Below, one piece after another: positions 20,733-29,693 of a stretch of 64,000 nucleotides of DNA. Each line of letters opens with the position of its first letter. Positions within the stretch are counted from its first letter, which is position 1. Under the pieces are notes generated by a model. That model was not told the origin of the DNA and ran no database searches. It saw nothing but the letters and a program-made list of their open reading frames with translations. Source of the DNA: Vairimorpha necatrix (taxonomy: Eukaryota); NCBI GenBank assembly GCA_036630325.1, contig CP142728.1:124001-188000 (forward strand), given 5' to 3'. The position numbers and the translations under genes are program-made.

Positions 20733-21641
20733 ATGGATCTCTTCGACGAAATAAATAAAAACAGACTAAGATACAATTTCCCTTCTAAAGAATACAAATC
20801 AATAATGCTTAAAAATAAATCCTCTCTTCTTTACCATTTAGAACTTAACACTTGTAAGTTTTATCTCCTCAACTCCAAGAAATATCTAAAAAAGAATCTA
20901 AAATTATCCACTGACTCTTTATATTCAGAATACATCCACACAATCTCGTGCTGCGACATCAACAAGCTTCTAATTTTAAGATCAAAACTGGAACACTACG
21001 ACTCATTTATAAAAGAAATCGACAATCTTCTTACAAACCAGAACTTTGATATTAATAAAATTAAATCAATTTACAAATGGAATGATATAGAAATAACATT
21101 TAGTACTAAAAAGAAACAAGCAGATTATATTAATAAATGTTATAAAGTTGAAGATAAGAAATATAATAACCAGATAGTTATGTTTATTACAAAACTTGAG
21201 AATAAAATACGGAGTGTTAAGAAATTATTAAAGAAAGATAATAGTAGAGTAAAGTGTATAAGAAAGAAGTTTGAGAATGTTAAGAAAGTGACAGAAATGT
21301 TTTTAAATTTCTTGAATGAGAATTATGTAGAGTCAGAATATTTAAATAATTTGAGAAATGAAGTGGAAAATATTTTGAAAATTGATGACGTGTCTTCTTT
21401 CAGTGTAAATTTGTTTGTTTTTGATGACGTGTCCTCCGAAATTGTAAGTATGAGGGATATTAAGAGTAAGAAAGAAGTTAAAGAAGATCTTATTTTGTAT
21501 CTTAAAGGGTTATTTGAGATTAATAATGATCAATTAGAGAATGTTCCATTTATTCCCGATTTTTATGATATTGCCTATGATTATATTAAGTATCCTGAGA
21601 CTAATATAAATGAGTTACTTAAGAACATTACAATTAATTAA
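20733..21641 (+). CDS. SRP68: Signal recognition particle subunit SRP68 (reduced)
   Basis: Start MDLFDEI after ACCCC. C-terminal PFIPDFYDIAYDYIKYP matches the SRP68 PxFFDLAxxxIxYP motif. Confidence 0.75.
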   Translation: MDLFDEINKNRLRYNFPSKEYKSIMLKNKSSLLYHLELNTCKFYLLNSKKYLKKNLKLSTDSLYSEYIHTISCCDINKLLILRSKLEHYDSFIKEIDNLLTNQNFDINKIKSIYKWNDIEITFSTKKKQADYINKCYKVEDKKYNNQIVMFITKLENKIRSVKKLLKKDNSRVKCIRKKFENVKKVTEMFLNFLNENYVESEYLNNLRNEVENILKIDDVSSFSVNLFVFDDVSSEIVSMRDIKSKKEVKEDLILYLKGLFEINNDQLENVPFIPDFYDIAYDYIKYPETNINELLKNITIN

Positions 21642-21700
21642 AAAATATTTCGTGTTTAAGTTTTTTGTCTTATTGTAACACCCTCCCCCTCTTGTTTTAA

Positions 21701-22030
21701 ATGTTTGTTTACACTGTTGAGTCTGATTTAGATTTCCCTTTAATAATCCACAAGCCCAATTTCATTCTCATTAATACAAATACTAAAATGTCTTATATCC
21801 ACATAAAACTTTCTTTTTTAAATCTTGAAGAGTGTCTTCCTTTACTTTTTGCTTTTTTAGAAACACCTCTTTTAAAAGACACAAGTCTTTTTATAAAGGA
21901 CAAAAAAGTGACAGGCAGAGATTTAGACACTAAACCAGAAAGAATAAGGAGGAAGATACAAGAGAGAATATATCAACTTGGAAGTGAAGACAGACAGATA
22001 GAGAATGTATTTAATAAAATATCTCCTTAA
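21701..22030 (+). CDS. Hypothetical protein
   Basis: 109-aa ORF with a C-rich (CCCTCCCCC) element upstream. No recognised motif. Confidence 0.6.
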   Translation: MFVYTVESDLDFPLIIHKPNFILINTNTKMSYIHIKLSFLNLEECLPLLFAFLETPLLKDTSLFIKDKKVTGRDLDTKPERIRRKIQERIYQLGSEDRQIENVFNKISP

Positions 22031-22492
22031 TTATATCTTATTGGTCCTTTTCTTCTCCTTTTTTAATATAAATTTCGTGGATTTTTGGCCTCTATGTTTT
22101 ACACTGCGCTTTTCTTGAATGTCTTGATTTACTACAATTTATACAAAGATTTAATGACTCATCTATTTAGTGGAATATATACGAAGGACTAAAACAACAA
22201 TAAAATAATTAATAATCTAAATATTTAAGAGATGTTAAAATTTAAAATTTTTTAATATTTAAAATGTTTTAATATTTTTTTTATCTTCATCAAACACATA
22301 TAAAAAATTGGCTAAAGTAACCTTTAGCACACAATTTTTAATCTGAAATTTTAAATCTGAAATTTTAAAAGTAAATTTCAAAGTTCAAAGTTTAAATTTC
22401 AAAGTTTAAAAATATTCTTCATAAATAATAATGTATATAAAAAATAACATCTCGTTTACATTTATTCAAATTTATTATTTGCATCCCTAAAA

Positions 22493-23026
22493 ATGAGACA
22501 GTTGAAATATCACGAGAATAAACTTCTCAAGAAAGTGAACTTCCTTGAGTGGAAAAACACTAATTCCTCAAGAGAACACTTCATTATCTCAAAATACAAT
22601 CTCACAGACAGAGAAGAATACACAAAATACAACAGACTAGTAGGAAAAATAAGAAAACTTACAGAAATGCTCAGTAGACTAAAAGACAGTGACTACACTA
22701 AAAAGACAATAAGCTCTAAATTAGTAAACAGACTTTATGACTTGGGACTGATAAATACGAAGAAATTAAAAGACTGCACTAAAATTAAAGTCTCGGATTT
22801 CTGTGAGAGGCGACTTCCCATGTTAATGAAGAAAAATAAAATGATGCCGAATTTCACAGACGCGAGTAGATTTGTGGAACATGGGCACGTCAGACTTGGT
22901 CATAAAGTAGTGAGTGAGACGAGTATAATAATAAGTAGAGCCATGGAAGATTTTATAAACTGGGTGGATAGTAGTAAAATTAAGAAGAAGATAGATGAAT
23001 ATAATGAAGAAAGAGATGATTACTAA
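22493..23026 (+). CDS. IMP3: U3 snoRNP protein Imp3
   Basis: MRQLKYHENKLLKKVNFLEW, S4 domain FCERRL..., VEHGHVRLG and MEDFINWVDSSKIK. Confidence 0.95.
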   Translation: MRQLKYHENKLLKKVNFLEWKNTNSSREHFIISKYNLTDREEYTKYNRLVGKIRKLTEMLSRLKDSDYTKKTISSKLVNRLYDLGLINTKKLKDCTKIKVSDFCERRLPMLMKKNKMMPNFTDASRFVEHGHVRLGHKVVSETSIIISRAMEDFINWVDSSKIKKKIDEYNEERDDY

Positions 23027-23111
23027 AAATATAATGGAAATATGGTATGAATTAATTATACAAACAAATTTACAATAAATTAATTAAAATAAAATATTTT
23101 CAGATTTTTTT

Positions 23112-23609
23112 TTAATCTAAAGATCTAAGCCACTCCTTAAAATTTACAACTTCGTCCTTGTTGTCACTGTTGTCTGTACTGACTCGACTAAAATGTAAAA
23201 TCCTGTCATACGCATAATCATAATCGCACACTTGTGTAGAACTCGTCAACCTCCCTAAAGGAGAACTGGTCAGTTCTTCCTCTTCATTAATAAACTTAGT
23301 ACTAGAAATAAACTGGTCAATCTTCTTGTAATTATTAAAATCCTTAGCAAACTCCCTGTGCTCATATTCCCGGACATGTAAGTCGTAGTCACTAAACTTC
23401 GTGTAGCAAACTTCACAGAATCCCGCCTTGGGGCCTTTCTTCTTCGTGCTGGGCTTGAACTTCTTATTTTCCTGGTATGGACAACCCAGTGGCTTACTAG
23501 ACAAGGATAACTTGGGTGGGGTGGTGTATTCCTTATAGAATGGCTGATGAGATCCCTGTAGATCTTCTATGAGGATGTACTTCTTTTTAAATATTTTATA
23601 ATTCTTCAT
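23112..23609 (-). CDS. DBF4: DDK regulatory subunit Dbf4 (motifs M and C only)
   Basis: YILIEDLQGSHQPFYKEY (motif M) and the GFCEVCYTKFSDYDLHVREYEHREFA zf-DBF finger. Confidence 0.85.
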   Translation of the reverse strand: MKNYKIFKKKYILIEDLQGSHQPFYKEYTTPPKLSLSSKPLGCPYQENKKFKPSTKKKGPKAGFCEVCYTKFSDYDLHVREYEHREFAKDFNNYKKIDQFISSTKFINEEEELTSSPLGRLTSSTQVCDYDYAYDRILHFSRVSTDNSDNKDEVVNFKEWLRSLD

Positions 23610-23647
23610 TCTGCGTCCCCAACAAAAAAAAAGAAAATATTTATAAA

Positions 23648-23657
23648 GGCGGGAAAA
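23648..23657 (-). promoter_or_regulatory. E2F-like element TTTTCCCGCC upstream of DBF4
   Basis: GGCGGGAAAA on the + strand, ~39 nt upstream of the DBF4 ATG. The same element precedes H3 and H4. Confidence 0.6.
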
Positions 23658-23967
23658 AACAAAAACAAAATCATCACGTAATATAAAAAGTAAACTAAAT
23701 ACAAGTTAACAATTATACTACATGAACTAAGCTACAATGAAATTTAAGATGCCATAAATTAAACTTACGACCCTTAGTGGTACCATAAAAGCCAAATATA
23801 CCTACCTTAAGAAATCTCATCAATATTATTCTGTAAATGACATTATAGTAAAATAAGTACATGGTACCTTATTGTAAATTATATCAATCAAATGTTATTT
23901 CTAGATTACATTTGATTCTTAAATATCTAAGATTAAGTTATTTCTTAAATTTATCACCCCTAAAGTA

Positions 23968-24663
23968 ATGTCTAGTAATACATTCACAGAAGAAGGAAGA
24001 TTATTACAAACAGAATACGCCATCAAAAATGTATCAAAAGGAGGCACAATCATAGGACTAGTATGTAAAGACGGAGTAATCTTACTAGGTATAAACAAAA
24101 CAGAACTACTAGACGAAAGGGAGAAAATATACAAAATAAACCCTAAAGTCTACGTATCTGTGAGTGGATTATTTGGGGACGCCATGCTCCTCAAAAAATA
24201 TGGTCAAGTAAAAGCTCAAGATTTCTTATACGAATTTGACTACGACTGCGACATAGACAGAATTTGTAATTTTATATCCGAGAAAAAACAACTCTTTACC
24301 CAATACAATAGTACAAGACCATTTGGATTCAGTTTTATATACGCAGGTATGAAAAACAACAAATTCAAACTCTGCTCTACTGATCCAAGTGGAACAATCA
24401 ACGAATGGAAAGGTGTTTGCTTTGGGGAAAATGAAGATGCAATAAATAATGGGCTGAGGAACGATTTCCCTGATGAAGAAATGGACATGGAACGAGGTCT
24501 TTTTGAGATATTTAAAATTCTGAGTAAAGTCACGGAGTGCAGTGCAAAAGATCATAAAAAATACGAGATATTGTATTTTAAAAATGAAGAATCGAGGTTT
24601 CTGGAATTTGAAGAGATAGAAAATATCTTGTTGAGGATCGAGGAAGAGAAAAATAAAAAATAA
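23968..24663 (+). CDS. PRE9: 20S proteasome subunit alpha-3 (PSMA4)
   Basis: TFTEEGRLLQTEYA, KQLFTQYNSTRPFGFSFIYAG and TDPSG. Confidence 0.85.
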   Translation: MSSNTFTEEGRLLQTEYAIKNVSKGGTIIGLVCKDGVILLGINKTELLDEREKIYKINPKVYVSVSGLFGDAMLLKKYGQVKAQDFLYEFDYDCDIDRICNFISEKKQLFTQYNSTRPFGFSFIYAGMKNNKFKLCSTDPSGTINEWKGVCFGENEDAINNGLRNDFPDEEMDMERGLFEIFKILSKVTECSAKDHKKYEILYFKNEESRFLEFEEIENILLRIEEEKNKK

Positions 24664-24733
24664 ATGAATTGTTACTGTCAATTAACTTAATTATAATTAA
24701 ACTAATTATTTTTGGAAAAATTAAATTGGCCCT

Positions 24734-25891
24734 ATGTTGAAACATAGAAATCAAACTAAAAAACAAAAATCTAAACAACTCACATCTCAAGATGACAATG
24801 AATCAAGTAAATGTACGATGAAGTCAAAATTAGATATTTTGACTAGTAAGTTGGAACTTACTAATTTCATAAAAAGGACAATATTCACGATCTTGATGAT
24901 AGGCCTGTTTCTATTTATAAATTCCTGCAATGTGACCTATCTCATGATATTCGTCATAATTCTGACGATCTTCGTACTCAGAGAAATAATCTCCATAACA
25001 AAAACACCCCAAGGATACCCTCTGCCTATTTATTTAATAGTAGGATTTACTACTAATATTTATATATATTATTTATCTGACTCATTATCATATCTTTATC
25101 CTTCACTAAGTAATTGTCTAATAATACACAGCAAAACATATTTTTACAATTGCGTCATATTTATGATAATCTTCGTGTGTTCTTTGAAAAAAGGCTTACT
25201 AAAAAGACAATTTGCCCTGTTCAGTTTGATACACCTGGCAAGCTACTTAGTAGCGAACAGTTGTAGAGCGGCACTCGTAAATCTTCATATTGGTAAATTC
25301 TGGTTATTCTTTCCTTCTACACTGGTGATCTGTAATGACATCTTCGCTTACATAATAGGCAAGTCTTTAGGGCACACGCCTTTATTTAAGCTTAGTCCCA
25401 AGAAAACAGTAGAAGGATTTATAGGCGGATTCGTCTTTACATTTCTCTATGGATTTATCTTCTGCTTTATCCAGTCAAAATACACTCTGTTTGTCGATTT
25501 GTACAGTAAAGAATTACAAGACATCTGGAAATTTGTATTCTACGGGGTTACTGTGCAAATAAAATACATGTACATTCACTGTCTCTGCTTCGTACTAGTG
25601 GCTTCTTTTGTAGCACCATTTTCCGGCTTCTTCGCGAGTGCATTGAAAAGAGCGTACAATAAAAAAGATTTCGGGAATTCTATTCCCGGGCACGGAGGAT
25701 TAACAGACAGATTTGATTGTCAGTGCATTATGGTACTCTTTACGACGGTGTATCTCAAATCATTCTTGAGAACAAAAGAACAAACACTGGAAGGTTGTTA
25801 TTTCCACATAACAAGATCATTCAGTGGAGATGAGATCAGCCTATTGATATCCATGCTGGAAAAATTCCAACTAGGACAGGTAGAAAATTAA
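24734..25891 (+). CDS. CDS1: Phosphatidate cytidylyltransferase
   Basis: CNDIFAY, LSPKKTVEGFIGG and KKDFGNSIPGHGGLTDRFDCQ. Confidence 0.95.
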   Translation: MLKHRNQTKKQKSKQLTSQDDNESSKCTMKSKLDILTSKLELTNFIKRTIFTILMIGLFLFINSCNVTYLMIFVIILTIFVLREIISITKTPQGYPLPIYLIVGFTTNIYIYYLSDSLSYLYPSLSNCLIIHSKTYFYNCVIFMIIFVCSLKKGLLKRQFALFSLIHLASYLVANSCRAALVNLHIGKFWLFFPSTLVICNDIFAYIIGKSLGHTPLFKLSPKKTVEGFIGGFVFTFLYGFIFCFIQSKYTLFVDLYSKELQDIWKFVFYGVTVQIKYMYIHCLCFVLVASFVAPFSGFFASALKRAYNKKDFGNSIPGHGGLTDRFDCQCIMVLFTTVYLKSFLRTKEQTLEGCYFHITRSFSGDEISLLISMLEKFQLGQVEN

Positions 25892-26083
25892 ATAAAATTA
25901 TGCGGATTTAATTCTATTTAAGCTTTTTTGCATAAACAAAGTCAAAAACAAACAAATTCCTTTAAAAATAATTTTAGATTTTTTGTTAAAATTTTTCACT
26001 TAAAAATATATTGGTATTAGCAAATAAAGTTGTAATTAAAACCGAAAAAAATACTCTAATACATAATTATTTGTACCCATAAA

Positions 26084-26425
26084 ATGGAAACTATTCCTTG
26101 CGAGACACTAGAAATAAACGAAGAAGATTTCTATGTTCGAGAATATGAACAATATTTAAATAAGCATGTAGTCGTCATGTTGAAAGATAACAAATTTTAT
26201 TATGGTTTATTTAAGAGCTTTGATCAGTATCTTTCTGTCACTTTGAATTACGCAGTAGAAAGAATTTTTCACGAAGAAATGTATGCTGAGAAATTTCATG
26301 GTCTTATGGCGATCAGAGGGGACACAATATCTTTGATAGGATTGTCAAAACACGACTTTAAAGATTATCAAAAATTAGAATATTCTGAACTAGTAGAAAT
26401 AATTAAGAAGGCCAATGAATTGTAA
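26084..26425 (+). CDS. LSM1: Sm-like protein Lsm1
   Basis: VVVMLKD...GLFKSFDQY...AVERI...GLMAIRGDTI Sm fold with Lsm1-type signature. Confidence 0.85.
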   Translation: METIPCETLEINEEDFYVREYEQYLNKHVVVMLKDNKFYYGLFKSFDQYLSVTLNYAVERIFHEEMYAEKFHGLMAIRGDTISLIGLSKHDFKDYQKLEYSELVEIIKKANEL

Positions 26426-26461
26426 AAATAATAAAATTTATAAAAATAATATAATTTATTT

Positions 26462-29311
26462 TTATTTCTTTGTTACTCCCATAAATATTTTTATCTCTCG
26501 ACATTTTATTCCATTATTTTTATAAATCATCTTATAATTCATTTTATCTGTTCTCATAGTTCCATTTCCCAATATCGGCACTTTTGTGTACGGACTTTCT
26601 ATCTGACCTTTAATTGTGTCTTCTTTATCTTTCTCCCAAAAAATTATAGAATCTTGAGATCCATTTATTGGAAACGTAAATGTGCCCTTATTAGAAAGTC
26701 CAATATGACAATCTATAAGGCTTTCTTTATGATATTCATCTGGTAAATTTACCACTTTAATATCTATAGTCTTATTATTCTGGAACTTTGGTACAAGTTT
26801 TAATAATAAAATGTCTTCTTCTAATATAGGTATAATCATTTTAACTAATTTTGAAGTTATAAGTTTTTGAATTTTTAGAATATTTTTTTTTAGCGTGGTG
26901 CTGTATAACGTGAAAATAAAGTCGTCAGTGACATTAGTTTTGAATTCTAAATATACGCCTCCAATACCACCATAAAAATCCTTTCTTAATTCTTTTTTTA
27001 ATTCTAATCTTTCGTAACTTGATCTACTGGTCAAATTTATTATAGATTGATGCATTATTCGAGTGTAAATTGATTCATATAACTGATTTCCAGGTGTGTA
27101 ACTTATTCCTTCGTCGATGTAAATATTTAAAATAGTCTTTGACGGCGTCTTAAAAGATGGCGACCTCGTGGCATCTGCATCTAAAAACATTATTTTGCTA
27201 TTTTTATTATAATTCAAGTCTTCCTCCGACACATTCCCTTTTAAATTGGGATATGTGATCAATACAGGATTATTATAACCTCTTTTTTCAATACCATAAT
27301 CATTGGTAAACACCGAACTTTTTATTTCATTTATCTTAATTTGGTCTTCGTTATTCTCTACAACTTCATAAATAATCTTCTTATTATCAATAACATCATA
27401 TACTGTATTTTTACTATTAAACGTGTGCAAAATAAAATCATCATTGTGATCATCTCTACTTTCTATGGCTATCTTTTTGTATCTGTCATTTTCATTTATA
27501 ACACGAAAAATTTTTATCTGGTCTGAAAAAAATTTTACTCTGATTTCATCTTGTAAAATTAAATCAAAAATAATATTTGGAGCACAACTGAATTTATAAG
27601 AAATATTTGGCTTACTGCAAATTGGTGCGTCTAAAATTTTCTCAAATTTATTAATAAAATCGTCTGTTTTCTCAATCTCCAAAATATTTTTAACATCGTC
27701 CACATATTCTAATGAACTTTCTTCTTTTTTTGATTTCCAAAAATACATCGCTTTCTTAGAATATTGGAATATCTTGTTGATTGATATCTTTTTACTTACT
27801 TTCTTCTCCAATTTCTTCTTTAATTTACATATACGAGATTTAGTCATTTTCAATGTCGAATTAGTAATATAACTATAAATAAACAAACTTTTATCACGTA
27901 TACAAAATACAATAAAATCGGGATTTTGTTCATCATTTCTTTGGAATATTATCATGTCGTTTTGAACTATTCTAATAAATTCAAAATTTTTTTCTAAAAA
28001 AATTAATTCTACTAAAGAAGACGTACCATTGAAATTATGGATAGTGTTAAGTGATCTGAACGAAGAAATTACATTTTTAAATATTGAAAGATCATAAAAT
28101 TGATTCATTATTTTCGATTCTTTGATTGTTAAATTTTCATAAATAAAATTTTTATCTTTTGTAAAATGCGAGGAATTTAGTGCTGATTCAGGTATTGAAA
28201 ATTTTGCACAATGAATCTTTTCATTATCATTTAGCAAATTATTATTACATTTTAGTGTTATGTCATTTACAACTTCTATTATTTTATAATCCAATGCCAG
28301 TAAAATACTTATCGAATCGCTTATTTTGTAAATATGTTGATGATTTTCCACTGTTACCTTTTCTATTTTGTGTTCAAATTGACTTATATTTGGAACTATT
28401 AATGGAAGATAAATTGAATTAAATGAAGGATACACTAAAGTTTTCAAGATTGAAAATCTTACAGTGCGATGTAAAAATCTGCTTATGGCGCCTTTAAAAT
28501 ATTCTTCACTTTCGCCTTTACTGACTCCACCATCTATTTTCATTTTAATTATTGGGTTAGTTAGGAAAGTATATTCTAATCTTGTACTATGATTTATAGA
28601 AGGAAATCTCAGTAATATATCGCCTTCTATTTCATTTATAAAAACATTTGTATGAAGAATAAGATTTTTCGGGAATGTTATTTTAAGATCTATTTTTATA
28701 GATCCTTTAAACAAAACTGACATGACAGTATGCACATTTTCGAATATTTCTTCGTATACTTTAGCACAGTTTACTGAATTATCTTTGTTGAGATAAAAAG
28801 AGTAAAATTTTTTAGTCATGTCTGAAATATTTTTTTCCGCATTTTTGAAAATATTTTCCACATCTTCTCTGTCTACTATTCTAATGTTTTGAATTATTGG
28901 TCCTTTGTTTCCTATGTCTATGTTCAATACTTCTATAAATCGTATTATACCTGTTCCAGGTATATCATCTAAAGTTTTTTTAATCATTTTTTTGAATCTG
29001 TAAGCTTGTGCACTTGAATTTGACAATTCAACCCAAAACTTTAATAATAAAACATTTAACCAATATAAATCTCTACACTGATGTAGACTTGCTAAGATCA
29101 GATCTGCTTGCTCCTTATCTAAATTATTCTTTGACGCAGTTTTTAATATAAATTCTTTATTGTTTCTTTTATAAAAGTTTCTACTGGGATAGAATGCTAT
29201 AATGAAAAAGACCAGTATTATTCCTAATATAATACCTATAAATAGCTGAATCATGTTTTTTTGTTTATATTCTTGTACATATTTTTTAAATTTAAAATCT
29301 GAAACAATCAT
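26462..29311 (-). CDS. TM-anchored SMP-domain lipid-transfer protein (Mmm1/Nvj2/PDZD8-like)
   Basis: N-terminal TM followed by WLNVLLLKFW...IDIGNKGPII...FINEIEGDILL...FLTNP...LVYP, an SMP signature. The start may be MIQLF at 29254. Confidence 0.7.
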   Translation of the reverse strand: MIVSDFKFKKYVQEYKQKNMIQLFIGIILGIILVFFIIAFYPSRNFYKRNNKEFILKTASKNNLDKEQADLILASLHQCRDLYWLNVLLLKFWVELSNSSAQAYRFKKMIKKTLDDIPGTGIIRFIEVLNIDIGNKGPIIQNIRIVDREDVENIFKNAEKNISDMTKKFYSFYLNKDNSVNCAKVYEEIFENVHTVMSVLFKGSIKIDLKITFPKNLILHTNVFINEIEGDILLRFPSINHSTRLEYTFLTNPIIKMKIDGGVSKGESEEYFKGAISRFLHRTVRFSILKTLVYPSFNSIYLPLIVPNISQFEHKIEKVTVENHQHIYKISDSISILLALDYKIIEVVNDITLKCNNNLLNDNEKIHCAKFSIPESALNSSHFTKDKNFIYENLTIKESKIMNQFYDLSIFKNVISSFRSLNTIHNFNGTSSLVELIFLEKNFEFIRIVQNDMIIFQRNDEQNPDFIVFCIRDKSLFIYSYITNSTLKMTKSRICKLKKKLEKKVSKKISINKIFQYSKKAMYFWKSKKEESSLEYVDDVKNILEIEKTDDFINKFEKILDAPICSKPNISYKFSCAPNIIFDLILQDEIRVKFFSDQIKIFRVINENDRYKKIAIESRDDHNDDFILHTFNSKNTVYDVIDNKKIIYEVVENNEDQIKINEIKSSVFTNDYGIEKRGYNNPVLITYPNLKGNVSEEDLNYNKNSKIMFLDADATRSPSFKTPSKTILNIYIDEGISYTPGNQLYESIYTRIMHQSIINLTSRSSYERLELKKELRKDFYGGIGGVYLEFKTNVTDDFIFTLYSTTLKKNILKIQKLITSKLVKMIIPILEEDILLLKLVPKFQNNKTIDIKVVNLPDEYHKESLIDCHIGLSNKGTFTFPINGSQDSIIFWEKDKEDTIKGQIESPYTKVPILGNGTMRTDKMNYKMIYKNNGIKCREIKIFMGVTKK

Positions 29312-29465
29312 AATAATTGTTAGAGCTTTTAAAAAACACTTACTTCTTTATATAAGAAGATAATGAGGTCTTAAATTGATCATGTATACAGCGACTTATG
29401 CAATTTTTTTTGTATTTATTTTTTTATGTACCAAAAAAATTTTACAAAATTTATAAAATAACTTT

Positions 29466-29693
29466 TGTGGTATTACAACCACATGTAAAATTCCATTTTC
29501 CCAAAATGGAATTTCTTAAATATTTTTTTTAAAAAATATTATTTTTCGACCCCAACAAAAAGAAAGAAGTAGATGCAGAAAAACAACAATAAACATTTTT
29601 TAAATAATAAACAAACAAGGCCCAAGGAGCCGTTTACAAGTAGTTTGCTAGAGGCCTACTTTCAACGAGGGTTCATCCCTCGTGACCACCTCA
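29466..29693 (+). repeat. 5' LTR
   Basis: TGTGGTATTAC...GACCACCTCA; identical by eye to 33297-33524. Confidence 0.95.
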
